This document shows positions 16,406 through 25,549 of a stretch of 31,258 bases of DNA, piece after piece. A model generated the notes under the pieces. That model was not told the origin of the DNA, searched no databases, and saw only the letters and a program-made list of their open reading frames with translations. Origin of the DNA: a virus (lineage: Duplodnaviria; Caudoviricetes); the IMG/VR virus record IMGVR_UViG_3300017821_000121, positions 1 through 31,258 of that record; one strand, written 5' to 3'. Each line of letters begins with the position of its first letter. The stretch's first letter is position 1. The position numbers and the translations under genes are program-made.

Positions 16406-17926
16406 TTACTCTTCGTCGTCGGAGGATGTGTCGGAGGGCAGCTTCTCTTTCCACTCGTGGTGCCAGCGGTAAAGTGTGGGTCGCTTCAGGATCGAGAACG
16501 CGCGAAGCACTTCGGTTGGGGGCGCGCCATTCGAGAACATCTCAAACACGGTTTTCTTCATTGCGCTCATCGCCGGCCTGGTGAGCCACTCCGCGCCGTT
16601 TTCCGGTGAAGTGCAGAGCTGCGCTTCGAAGGGCACGCCCCAATGCGGGTCCCGTAACTCGTGGCGGATCTTCTCCACGTTCAGCACCACGCGCAGCCCT
16701 TGTGAGCGCCGATAGTCGCCTGGGTGGTCCAGCTTGATGTAGGAGTCCAGGATGTGCACCTGCGCCGAGTCGCCAAGGAAATCTCCGCCTTTGCCGGCGT
16801 GCTGCAGAAAGCACACGGTGATGCCGCGCGTGTTCAGATCGATGAACCACTCTTTCAGTTCCGCCACTTGACGCGACTGGTCCTCTTGCGCGGCGCTCCA
16901 AAGCGTCGAGATGTTGTCGAGCACGAGAAATTGGAAACCTTCGCCGGCAATCACTTCTTCGATATGCTTGCGATCTTTCGGTTCTTTGACGCTCGGCCGC
17001 CAGGCGTGCGCGCACCGCGGAGCCCGTGCGATCCGCTTGTAATCTTTGGAGACTGTGGCCAGATCGGAAAAATTCGGCTCCACCTTCATGTGTTTGCCGA
17101 TCAGCTTGAGCCGCTCGCGGATTTTCTCTCCATGCATTTCGCCGTAGAGGTACAGCGTGCGCATTGGACCGTAAACCGGCCAATGTCCGCCCGGTCCTTC
17201 ATGCCCGCCGAACAAACAATCCAAACCGTGCGCGACGCAGAAAGCCATGTAGCTGGCGATCCAGCTCTTTCCCCACCCAGCCCACGAAAAAATCATGAAC
17301 GTGCCGGCGCGCGTCACCAGCGGCTCGATCATCGGATCCGCTTTGGGAAGTTCCAAGGTCAGCAGCTCGCTGTAAGGCACCACCACGATGGGATTCTGCG
17401 TGCTGGAGTTCCCTTCCGTGATTGCCGTGATTGAATTCTTGGCGTTGTCCACGATGGCGTCTGCGCCGGCTTCGGCTTCGAGGGCGCGCATCTGGATGTT
17501 GTGCGTGACGTGGATCAGATTTCGCAGTTTGGCTTTTTCAATGATGATGCCCGCGTAGTGCTTGACGTTCGACACCCGCGGTATGCCATCGATGAGCGAA
17601 GCGAGATAGGGCGCGCCGCCGGCTTCCTGGAGCTTCCCTTCCCCCTGCAGATGTTCCGACAGCGTGACGAGATCGATCCCGCCGATCTCCTCGCCTTTTT
17701 TTGCCACTTCGAGCGTGAGTTTCAGGATTCCAGAAAACACCGCTTTGTGCTGCGGGAGGAAAAAATCGTCAACCTTCAGCGCGCCGGCGATCTCTTTGAT
17801 CGCGGCGTTATTGATCAGCAGCGCGCCTAGAAGACTGCGCTCGGCGTCTAGGTTGGAAGGGAGCCTCGGTAGGATGTCAGCGGGAAGCGGAGTGGTGCGA
17901 TTTCGATGAAAAGGGACTGTTGACAT
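16406..17926 (-). CDS. Replicative helicase: DnaB N-terminal domain + RecA/AAA_25-type ATPase + C-terminal HTH
   Basis: LPSNLDAERSLLGALL, DFF..QH..VF, GG.PYLASL (DnaB-N); SWAGWGKS Walker A, LYLYGEM, LVLDN Walker B, QHAGK; RPTLYRW HTH-like. Confidence 0.85.
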   Translation of the reverse strand: MSTVPFHRNRTTPLPADILPRLPSNLDAERSLLGALLINNAAIKEIAGALKVDDFFLPQHKAVFSGILKLTLEVAKKGEEIGGIDLVTLSEHLQGEGKLQEAGGAPYLASLIDGIPRVSNVKHYAGIIIEKAKLRNLIHVTHNIQMRALEAEAGADAIVDNAKNSITAITEGNSSTQNPIVVVPYSELLTLELPKADPMIEPLVTRAGTFMIFSWAGWGKSWIASYMAFCVAHGLDCLFGGHEGPGGHWPVYGPMRTLYLYGEMHGEKIRERLKLIGKHMKVEPNFSDLATVSKDYKRIARAPRCAHAWRPSVKEPKDRKHIEEVIAGEGFQFLVLDNISTLWSAAQEDQSRQVAELKEWFIDLNTRGITVCFLQHAGKGGDFLGDSAQVHILDSYIKLDHPGDYRRSQGLRVVLNVEKIRHELRDPHWGVPFEAQLCTSPENGAEWLTRPAMSAMKKTVFEMFSNGAPPTEVLRAFSILKRPTLYRWHHEWKEKLPSDTSSDDEE

Positions 17927-18034
17927 TTTGGCAGCCAGTCACGGCATCGCTTCCTGAAAGGGTGGAGCGGCTGCTGGCTGCCAGGCCGTCGCCGCTCCCG
18001 ATCAGTTTTGCGATGTGCGGACGGATCGAGAGGC

Positions 18035-18063
18035 AGAATACGAACCACTAGGAATAGTGTCAA
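18035..18063 (-). promoter_or_regulatory. sigma70-type promoter for the helicase operon
   Basis: TTGACA-17-TATTCT. Confidence 0.65.
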
Positions 18064-18218
18064 CACCAGAATTGTCCCACCTGTGGTGTCGCGGTTACGA
18101 AAAGCTTTTTCGTTTTTCCCGGCAACAGTCATTCCAATCGTCTAGCCATATCACCAGTGCGAAGGCTGCACCACAAAGCAAGTAGAGTGGCAGCAGGAAA
18201 ATGACCGTGATGACGCGC

Positions 18219-19673
18219 TTAGTTCGGGACACGTTCGGCCGGCAGATCCTCTGCCAGGTACTGCTGCGCTTGCTTCAGCACGATGGGCCAGTTGGGATGC
18301 TGCACCGCTTCGCCGAGGATCGGATCGTTGGCCAGAAAGTTGGTGACTTGCTCCGCGCTGAACGATTCGAGATAGTTCACCATCTGCGGCCAGGCCAGTT
18401 CCAGGAAGTCCGCGATTAGCGAGCCTTCGTCGCCATCCATCACGGCTTTCAGCACGCGACGTTTCACGCCCACGAAGTAGGCTTGCTCCTCGATCGCAGC
18501 GAGTTGCTCCGCGGAAATTTGTTCCGCAGCGGCGACCGGCGGATTCGCGGGAACCTCGTCTGTGACACGCCCGTTTTCTGTCGTGTCCTTCGCTGCGGAT
18601 TCCTCTTCGCTGACGACGCGCAAACCGGTCGCTGCTGGCGCGGGACGAATCGGAGGCACAGGGCGTGCACCAGGCGCGGACGCTGCTGTGTGCACAATCG
18701 GCTGCGGATTCGCCGGCACGCTCGGCCGCTGCGGTGGCTGCGCCGCCACACCGGGACGCGCTCCCGGCCGGGCGCGCGGTTGTCCCATGCGTTCCAGGAT
18801 GGTGGGCAGCGCATCTCCGAATTTGTTGGCCAAAGTTTCTTTCCAATCCGCATCGCCGCGACGCCGCCGGCCGCCACCCTCTCCGCGCAGCTCGTCGATC
18901 TTTTCGAAGATGCCCAGAAAGAGATTCAACTGTTCGAGCGGATTTTGCGGCGTTGCCATCTGTCCGATCAGCCCCAACTCTTTCAGTACGCGGATGGTTC
19001 CCACGATTCCGGCATCGCCGTTGCCATTTCCGCCCATCAGTCCCATTTCTTTCGCGGTGCTCACCAGATCCTTCAGCAGCGCCGTGGGATTCACCTGCTC
19101 TTTTTGGATGGCGCCGATTCCGGCCTTGTAGGCGGTATCCATGATCTCCACCGCTTTTTGAAACGCGGGATCGCCACCGCTCGCCTCGCGCCGGCGAAGT
19201 TCGCTTTTCATCTCTTCCAGATTTTTCTGCAGCATGTCGAGCAAGCGAACTTCCAGATTACTTCCCTGCCCTTCTGTCGTTCTTCCCGCGCCGCTGGGAT
19301 CCTCGCGCGTCAAATCATATTTCGGAAGTCCCTCGATCTCCCAGGTGTGCGTGGCTACCAATTCCGATCCTTTGAGCAGCATCGCGCGAAACGTTCCGCC
19401 TCCATAACGCGCACGAACGTCTTCCGGTGTGAACGGTTGCGCGAGCTGGCAAAGATAGCCGCCTTGGCCAGCGATGCGAACTTTCGGAGAATCGCGGTAG
19501 AGGTAGATGGTGTAGGGTTTTCCCCACTCTTCGGCGGGAATGCGCAGCATGCGTTCCCAGAAATTCAGCTTTTCCGCTTCATCAACGCGAGCTTCATGTT
19601 TTTCAGGCGGCGGCATCTCGATAGTGGTGTGAACTGTGGGACCGGTCGGTTTCGCGCCAGCGTTACGTGGCAT
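18219..19673 (-). CDS. Large hypothetical protein (beta N-domain, amphipathic helical middle, Pro-rich linker, helical C-domain)
   Basis: ATG at 19673 after GAAGGAAG; the upstream ORF extension overlaps promoter DNA. Confidence 0.8.
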   Translation of the reverse strand: MPRNAGAKPTGPTVHTTIEMPPPEKHEARVDEAEKLNFWERMLRIPAEEWGKPYTIYLYRDSPKVRIAGQGGYLCQLAQPFTPEDVRARYGGGTFRAMLLKGSELVATHTWEIEGLPKYDLTREDPSGAGRTTEGQGSNLEVRLLDMLQKNLEEMKSELRRREASGGDPAFQKAVEIMDTAYKAGIGAIQKEQVNPTALLKDLVSTAKEMGLMGGNGNGDAGIVGTIRVLKELGLIGQMATPQNPLEQLNLFLGIFEKIDELRGEGGGRRRRGDADWKETLANKFGDALPTILERMGQPRARPGARPGVAAQPPQRPSVPANPQPIVHTAASAPGARPVPPIRPAPAATGLRVVSEEESAAKDTTENGRVTDEVPANPPVAAAEQISAEQLAAIEEQAYFVGVKRRVLKAVMDGDEGSLIADFLELAWPQMVNYLESFSAEQVTNFLANDPILGEAVQHPNWPIVLKQAQQYLAEDLPAERVPN

Positions 19674-19715
19674 TTTTCTTCCTTCTGGAGTCTGGCAACC
19701 CCACGCATGTCCGCG

Positions 19716-19744
19716 ATTCTGCGGCCCACGGTAATAGTTGTCAA
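19716..19744 (-). promoter_or_regulatory. Putative sigma70 promoter
   Basis: TTGACA-17-CAGAAT in the divergent intergenic region. Confidence 0.45.
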
Positions 19745-19953
19745 GCCTATATAAGCCCATGCCTGTGATTGTGCAGGTGTTGTGACTGGCGTTGTAACAG
19801 TAATTTGTTTGCTTCTTTTGCTGTTCGGCTCTCATCGTGAGCGTGAACGGCCTTAGATCGGCCGGTGCGGGGCCGTTCGGGGTTACCGGCGCAAAAAGCT
19901 CCGTCCTCCCCACGCATCCGCGCCGGCCTTTTTTCCATCGATCGATCCGATGA

Positions 19954-20910
19954 ATGCAAACGCAACCCACAACGCTGAACTTTCCGCTTCCCGATGGGGA
20001 TCCCGGCGTCGCGCTGACCATCCAGAAAATGTCCGCGCTGATCGACGCGGGGAAATCCAGCGCGATGGTGCACGCGCAGGCGCAAACGATCCTGAACCAG
20101 TACCACGTGCCGGCGTACGCCTGGGAGCGCCAAGCGCGCGCGATCTACGAGTGGGTGCGCCGCAACATCACGTTCACTCCGGATCCGGTGGGCAAAGAAG
20201 GCGTGCAAGACGCGGAGTGGACGCTGACCTATCGCCGCGGCGATTGCGACTGCATTTCGGTGCTGATGTGCTCGCTGCTGGAAACGATCGGCACGCGTTG
20301 CCGGCTGATGACCGTGGCCAGCGATCCGCGCGATCCGCAGCAGTTCAGCCACGTCTATCCGCAGGCGCTCGTCAACGGCCGCTGGATCTCCGTGGACGTC
20401 GCGCGGCGCTCGCCGGCGTTTGGCTTGTCGCCGTCGCGCTACTTTCGCAAGCGCGCCTGGAGCGTGCACTCCAATGAGTACGCAGACCTATCTTTTTATG
20501 GCGCGGAGGTGGGCATGAGAGGACTAGGCATCACGACGCCAGCGCTCCAGCCGCCGCTGAACTATTCCGCGCCGCCGGCGCCTTCGCGCTTCTATCGCCA
20601 GCGCCGCCGCTTGCGCGGACTGCGCGGCCTGGGACAAGACAACGGCGTGGATTGGAGTGCAATCTCGCAAGCGGTTCAGGTGGGAACCACTGGCGCCGCC
20701 AACATCATCGCCGCATCGCGCGCGAGTCCCTACAACCTGGTGCCCACCACGTACGCGCCGCTCGGAACTACGGGTGCAGTGCTGCAATCGCCGTATGGCT
20801 ACAGCTCGATGGCCACGCCCACCGCCGGATCTTTCATGGGCATCAGCACCACCACGCTGCTGCTGCTCGGGGTCCTGGGCATCGGCATCTTTGCCCTGGC
20901 CAATCGATGA
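19954..20910 (+). CDS. Transglutaminase-like cysteine protease with C-terminal TM anchor
   Basis: IYEWVRRNI.F..D, GDCDC (Cys at 20245), FSHVY (His at 20350), W.SVD (Asp at 20395); MRGLG and LRGLRGLGQ motifs; terminal TM. Confidence 0.85.
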   Translation: MQTQPTTLNFPLPDGDPGVALTIQKMSALIDAGKSSAMVHAQAQTILNQYHVPAYAWERQARAIYEWVRRNITFTPDPVGKEGVQDAEWTLTYRRGDCDCISVLMCSLLETIGTRCRLMTVASDPRDPQQFSHVYPQALVNGRWISVDVARRSPAFGLSPSRYFRKRAWSVHSNEYADLSFYGAEVGMRGLGITTPALQPPLNYSAPPAPSRFYRQRRRLRGLRGLGQDNGVDWSAISQAVQVGTTGAANIIAASRASPYNLVPTTYAPLGTTGAVLQSPYGYSSMATPTAGSFMGISTTTLLLLGVLGIGIFALANR

Positions 20911-20923
20911 CCTGGAGATAATC

Positions 20924-21661
20924 TTGCCGACCGCGCCACAAATCTTTTTGCCCGCCTCGTACCGCCGGCCGTTTGCGCGCCGGCGACGCGGCTCGCTGAT
21001 GCGCCTCGGCACGTTTGGCCTCGTCGCTGTGCCGCCATCGTCTGCCGGACGGCCGCCGATCTGTCCCGCGTGGGGCTGCGGTCCCGTTCGCATCGGTCCC
21101 GAACCATTTCGTCCACCAACCACCCCAACGCCAGTCACGACAGCCGGCACTCCGGTGCCGGCGTCGTTTCCCACCAATCAAATCTTCGTGAACACGGACG
21201 GCTCACAGTGGATGTACTCCGCGTCGCAAGGCACGTGGATCAACGTCGGCACACCGTACAACCCGAACGCGCCTTCCGCCAGCTCGCCAGTAAGCGCGGC
21301 GCCTGGAACGGTCGCCGTGCCTGTCATATCCACCGCGCCTAATGTCGCCGGCACTCCCGTGCCTGCGAACTATCCCACCAATCAGATCTACGTGAATTCC
21401 GACGGCTCGCAGTGGGTGTATTCCGCTGCAACCAATTCCTGGGTCAACATGGCGCTCACGACCAGCACGAGCAGCCCCACGACGTCCACCGGCGCACCCA
21501 TCAGTGTTTCCGTTGCCACGCCCACGAGCGCGTCTCCGTACGACAGCTTAATCAACTTCGCCACCGAGCAATCGTTACTGCCCGGCGTGCCCAACTGGCT
21601 GATCGCGATCGGCGCAGTGATCGCCGTCAAGATGGCCGGACAAATGGGAGGGAGGCGCTGA
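20924..21661 (+). CDS. Tail-anchored virion membrane protein with internal ~35-aa repeat
   Basis: GGAG then TTG start; two copies of GTPVPA..PTNQI.VN.DGSQW.YSA...W.N; C-terminal TM. Confidence 0.75.
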   Translation: MPTAPQIFLPASYRRPFARRRRGSLMRLGTFGLVAVPPSSAGRPPICPAWGCGPVRIGPEPFRPPTTPTPVTTAGTPVPASFPTNQIFVNTDGSQWMYSASQGTWINVGTPYNPNAPSASSPVSAAPGTVAVPVISTAPNVAGTPVPANYPTNQIYVNSDGSQWVYSAATNSWVNMALTTSTSSPTTSTGAPISVSVATPTSASPYDSLINFATEQSLLPGVPNWLIAIGAVIAVKMAGQMGGRR

Positions 21662-22549
21662 ATGGCTTACTACGCTCCACCGCAGGGAGATCTCACCGCT
21701 GCAGTCGCTTGGGGATTGCAAAAGCAGAGTCTCAGCGGCTTGGGAATTCTTCCCACGGTCAACGTGCGCACGCCGCGCGCTATTCCTGTGGCGATGGGTG
21801 CCGCGCGCCGGCGTTTCGAGGAAGAAACGCAAAGCGCCATGACCGGCATGGGCATCATCAGGGTAAAAGTTCCGCGGCTGCCCGTTCCCGCGGCGGTCAC
21901 ATTCCAAGCTGCGCGATCGCGCGCCGCGCTTTCCGGATTGGGTGCGGGCCGTGGCGGCGGTGCGCACATTCACGCCGAAGGTGCGATGCCCGTGACTGCC
22001 GGCGTGCGCCGCCAATCGGCGCCCTTCACTGCGCCCGGCGGCGGCTACAGCCAGATTCCGGGATTTCTTCCCCCGGTGCGCGTGCCCCTTCGCGGGCTTC
22101 GCGGACTGGGCCAGGATCCGTACACCGATGCGCTCAACTTAATCAACGCGAGCGACAACGTGGTGGCCAGCCCGGACGGCTCGATCGTCCAGGACATGAA
22201 CACCGGCTACATTTTGAACACGCAGACCGCTCAGATCCTGGACGCAAACGGCAACTACATTCCGCAAACCGCCGCTGGCGCGTACACGGTTGCAGCACCA
22301 ACCGGAACCGTTCCGACATCAAGCGCAGGCGCGGTGAATCCCTACGGGCTCGCCCCGACATCGCCAAGCAAGACCACGATCAATCCGGTCACTGGCGCGA
22401 TCAGCGTTATACAGCAGCCGCGCGTGGCTGCCGCGGCCCCGCTGACTATTTCGCCCACCTATCTGCTCATCGGTGGCGGCGTGTTGCTGCTGGCCATGAT
22501 GGGCGGAAAACGCCGGCGCAATCCGCGCAGGAGAAATCGCCGTGGCTAG
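21662..22549 (+). CDS. Tail-anchored virion membrane protein
   Basis: GGAGG RBS; four [LM]xG[LM]G motifs; TM then RRRNPRRRNRRG. Confidence 0.8.
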   Translation: MAYYAPPQGDLTAAVAWGLQKQSLSGLGILPTVNVRTPRAIPVAMGAARRRFEEETQSAMTGMGIIRVKVPRLPVPAAVTFQAARSRAALSGLGAGRGGGAHIHAEGAMPVTAGVRRQSAPFTAPGGGYSQIPGFLPPVRVPLRGLRGLGQDPYTDALNLINASDNVVASPDGSIVQDMNTGYILNTQTAQILDANGNYIPQTAAGAYTVAAPTGTVPTSSAGAVNPYGLAPTSPSKTTINPVTGAISVIQQPRVAAAAPLTISPTYLLIGGGVLLLAMMGGKRRRNPRRRNRRG

Positions 22550-23033
22550 AAGCGCCTATGTGGTTCCCACACCTGAAGCGTCGCTGACCGCAACGGCCGG
22601 GCGCGCGCTTCAGGGCTTTTCTCTCGGCTGCGATGGCTGTTCGGTGAAAGGTTTGGGCTGCAGCTCGTGCCGGCAGCTTCTGCAAAGCCAAGGCGCGCCC
22701 ACGGCGCTCAGTTATTACATTCGCGGCGTGCCCGCGCCCGGATCTCTGCTCAGCGGCTACGTGTTACCCCCATCACTGAGCGGCCTGGGTGCGGGATCCG
22801 GACCTGGGCGCTTCAATCGCGCGGTGGCGCGCGGCATCTACACGGAGCCGTTTGTGTCGCGGCCGTTCGCCGGCAGCCGCGGCCTCGGACAGCTTGAGGT
22901 GGATCCCACGCTGCTGATTGCCGGCATTGGTGTGCTGGCCCTCGGAATGTTCCTGCTCGGCGGCAAGCATGTGCCGCGAATTAAACGCCGCGTGCGGCGT
23001 GCACGCAGGCGCGTCAGGAGTTTCCTGCCGTGA
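22542..23033 (+). CDS. Tail-anchored virion membrane protein
   Basis: AGGAG RBS; GLG motifs, two CxxC; TM plus Arg-rich tail. Confidence 0.75.
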   Translation: MARSAYVVPTPEASLTATAGRALQGFSLGCDGCSVKGLGCSSCRQLLQSQGAPTALSYYIRGVPAPGSLLSGYVLPPSLSGLGAGSGPGRFNRAVARGIYTEPFVSRPFAGSRGLGQLEVDPTLLIAGIGVLALGMFLLGGKHVPRIKRRVRRARRRVRSFLP

Positions 23034-23120
23034 TCGCTTTCCTGCACTACAAAACGTACTGCGGATTCTCCCACTATCTGTGCGGGCTGGATCCGTGGGG
23101 CCGGTTCCGGTGGTGAGTTT

Positions 23121-23741
23121 ATGAACTACTACGTGCGCACCCAACAAGTGCTCGCCGCGAACGCCGCGCAGACGCAGCAGCGTCTCGCCGGCATGCACGC
23201 GCTGCGCATGGGCCGCGGTTTGCGCGGCCTGGGCCAATCCACTGCCGGTTTGCCAGCGGGCTCGCAGTTGACGTACTCCGCGACGTTTCAGATCGGAGCT
23301 GGTCCCACTGGCGAGCCGCTCAGCCTTACCAGCGTCGTGCAGGCGATGAAATCCGTGCTCAGCAATAATTTCGGAATTCAGGTGGTGGGCGCCCCGTATT
23401 TGGGTCCAAACGCTGATGCGCTTCTGACCAACCAACGCCAGTTGAACATGACCGTGCTCACCCAGTCAGACAGGAATTCTTCGGACGATGTGAAGAGCAT
23501 CCTAGATGGCTTGGTCTATCAACTGGGCTCTTCCACGGTTAGCGTGTCCAGCCTTAGTTCGAGCATCAATTTGATCAACCCCGGAGTTGTGGCACCCACA
23601 TCTCCGCCGGTCATTGATCCAAACACCGGATTGCCGGTGGGACAGCCGCAACCGTTCGACCTGACGCAGTTCCTCACCGATAACTGGCCCTACTTGGTGG
23701 CCGGCGGCGCAGCTCTTCTTCTTTTCAACGAGGTGCTCTGA
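23121..23741 (+). CDS. Tail-anchored virion membrane protein
   Basis: Leader ending GRGLRGLGQ; globular domain; C-terminal TM. Confidence 0.8.
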   Translation: MNYYVRTQQVLAANAAQTQQRLAGMHALRMGRGLRGLGQSTAGLPAGSQLTYSATFQIGAGPTGEPLSLTSVVQAMKSVLSNNFGIQVVGAPYLGPNADALLTNQRQLNMTVLTQSDRNSSDDVKSILDGLVYQLGSSTVSVSSLSSSINLINPGVVAPTSPPVIDPNTGLPVGQPQPFDLTQFLTDNWPYLVAGGAALLLFNEVL

Positions 23742-24103
23742 TGCAACCTGGAGACACGGTACAGATTTTGCAAACCGACTGCGCGATTCTGCGCGTTGGC
23801 GAAGAACCCAGCCCCGGCGTGCCGCACTGGATCTACGCGGTGGTGTTCGACACGCTGAAAAACGACGCGGGCGCGATCACCGCGGCGCACGTGGAAGTGA
23901 ATCATCCGGCGAATTTCCAGCACGGCCAGCGGATCTTAGTGTCGCGCAAAAACATCCGCACACTCGACGACCTGCGCTCGCTCGAAGCGCTGCATCCGCA
24001 GAAGGATGCCGTCAAGCTGGACTTCAACCGCGCCGACCATCGCGAGCTGAACAATCTCCGCGCCGCGATCGAGCGCTGCAAACCGCAGGAGGAAGCCGCG
24101 TGA
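23741..24103 (+). CDS. Hypothetical protein (SH3-like start)
   Basis: GAGG RBS; TGATG overlap; MQPGDTVQIL. Confidence 0.7.
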   Translation: MQPGDTVQILQTDCAILRVGEEPSPGVPHWIYAVVFDTLKNDAGAITAAHVEVNHPANFQHGQRILVSRKNIRTLDDLRSLEALHPQKDAVKLDFNRADHRELNNLRAAIERCKPQEEAA

Positions 24104-24300
24104 GGATGTCGCGCATTTTTTATCTGACGTACGGCGGCTCCTGTGTGCGCGTGCCCTTAGCAAAGAAACAGGGCTTCAGCACGGAGTGGCCACACGAAAG
24201 AAGACTGATGAAGAGATGCGATAAGGCAGGTCCGCATCCTCACATTGTTGGCCGGCCACGCAGAACGCGAAAGGACCCGACGAAGATCGTGAGTAAGTAA
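24100..24300 (+). CDS. Small basic protein
   Basis: GGAGG RBS; overlaps both neighbours. Confidence 0.55.
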   Translation: MRMSRIFYLTYGGSCVRVPLAKKQGFSTEWPHERRLMKRCDKAGPHPHIVGRPRRTRKDPTKIVSK

Positions 24301-25256
24301 TGGCCGCCGCCGCCCAATTCCGGATCGAGCACGTGGCCACGACGCCGCGGGGCTGGAAGGTGCGCTCGAAAAAGAGCGGCTCGCACCTGCTGCGTTTCGC
24401 GGTGCCTCCCGGCCGGCGCAAGAAGGGGCAAGCCAAGCTGCTCGAAGTGCTGCATCCCAAGGCGGAAAAAAATCCTTCGTGCATCGTCAGCCATCGCGCG
24501 AAGAGCAACCCGGAAGAGTTGCTGGTGTTTTTGAATCCCTCAACGCTGCAGAGGAAGCGCGCCACGCGCGAGCGCGCCGCGCGGATCCGCGCCGCCCGGT
24601 TGAATCCGAAAAAGGCCACGCCGATGCGGCGCCGCAAAGATCGTCAACTGCCGAAGCCCGCGCCGCCGAAAAAAATCGCGGCCAAAAAGACGAATCGCCG
24701 GCGTCAGCGGCACAACCCAGTCAGCGAAACGGAGCAAGCGGTGCACCTCTTCGAAATTTTCCACGGCAAAGACGCGCGCGAGATCCAGGAGAAGCATATC
24801 TCCGCCGCGATGCGCAAAGACTACACCGCGCTGGGCAAGCTGATCGCCGTGGTCACCGATGATTGCGGCCTGGGCGAACGCGAAATCGCCACCAAGTGGG
24901 ACCGCTGCCCGCACATCGATTTTTCCGAAGATCACGTCACGCTGGCCAGCTCGCCGGACGGCCGCCAGCTCTACGCCATCGGCGGCAATCAGAACCTCAC
25001 CGGCTGCCTGGGCAAGTTCGAAGGCGTGGATCCCACCAAGGATTTGATTGACCTGGGCGAAGTGGCTGCGATCGTGTACGAGGCGCGAAAGATCCACGAC
25101 AACTTCGAGCCGGTGCAGTACTGCCACAAATTCGGCGGACACGGCCGCACGCGGCCCGGGTGGTTTTTCGACCGCTTGAAGAAACAGGTTTTCTTCATCG
25201 GCGGCGAATACGAAATCGACATCACGGCGAAAATCTCGCCGGGTATCGAGGGGTAG
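24300..25256 (+). CDS. Basic N-terminal region with five NP motifs plus globular C-domain (putative core protein)
   Basis: KNP, SNP, LNP, LNP, HNP in a Lys/Arg-rich N-half. Confidence 0.8.
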   Translation: MAAAAQFRIEHVATTPRGWKVRSKKSGSHLLRFAVPPGRRKKGQAKLLEVLHPKAEKNPSCIVSHRAKSNPEELLVFLNPSTLQRKRATRERAARIRAARLNPKKATPMRRRKDRQLPKPAPPKKIAAKKTNRRRQRHNPVSETEQAVHLFEIFHGKDAREIQEKHISAAMRKDYTALGKLIAVVTDDCGLGEREIATKWDRCPHIDFSEDHVTLASSPDGRQLYAIGGNQNLTGCLGKFEGVDPTKDLIDLGEVAAIVYEARKIHDNFEPVQYCHKFGGHGRTRPGWFFDRLKKQVFFIGGEYEIDITAKISPGIEG

Positions 25257-25296
25257 TGCTGACCGATTTTTTTGACGGTCCCTTTAAGGAGGACAC

Positions 25297-25530
25297 ATGT
25301 CGGAAGTTCACAACGAAGAACGGCATCCCAACGGCGTGCCGAAAACCATCCACCACTTCGACGCGACGACCGGGAAGCCGGTCTATCACCACGAAGTTGT
25401 GGAGATGGATCACAAGGAACTGGTCGCGCTAGGCCACTCCGCCGCGGAAGCCACCGCGATGATCAACGAGGCGAAGCCCAACAAGGCCAAGGGTAAGAGC
25501 TTCACCACGGTCAACGCCCAACCGATTTAA
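25297..25530 (+). CDS. Hypothetical protein
   Basis: AAGGAGG RBS. Confidence 0.75.
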   Translation: MSEVHNEERHPNGVPKTIHHFDATTGKPVYHHEVVEMDHKELVALGHSAAEATAMINEAKPNKAKGKSFTTVNAQPI

Positions 25531-25549
25531 AGGAGTTCGTTTTCGGTGC

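Noticed and set aside
16406-17926. Helicase as genome-packaging ATPase
   Set aside because: DnaB-N domain, RecA-type motifs and position beside the iterons indicate replication
19674-20021. N-terminal 116 aa of the 600-aa ORF
   Set aside because: Overlaps the divergent promoter region and protease start; ATG 19673 has an RBS and promoter
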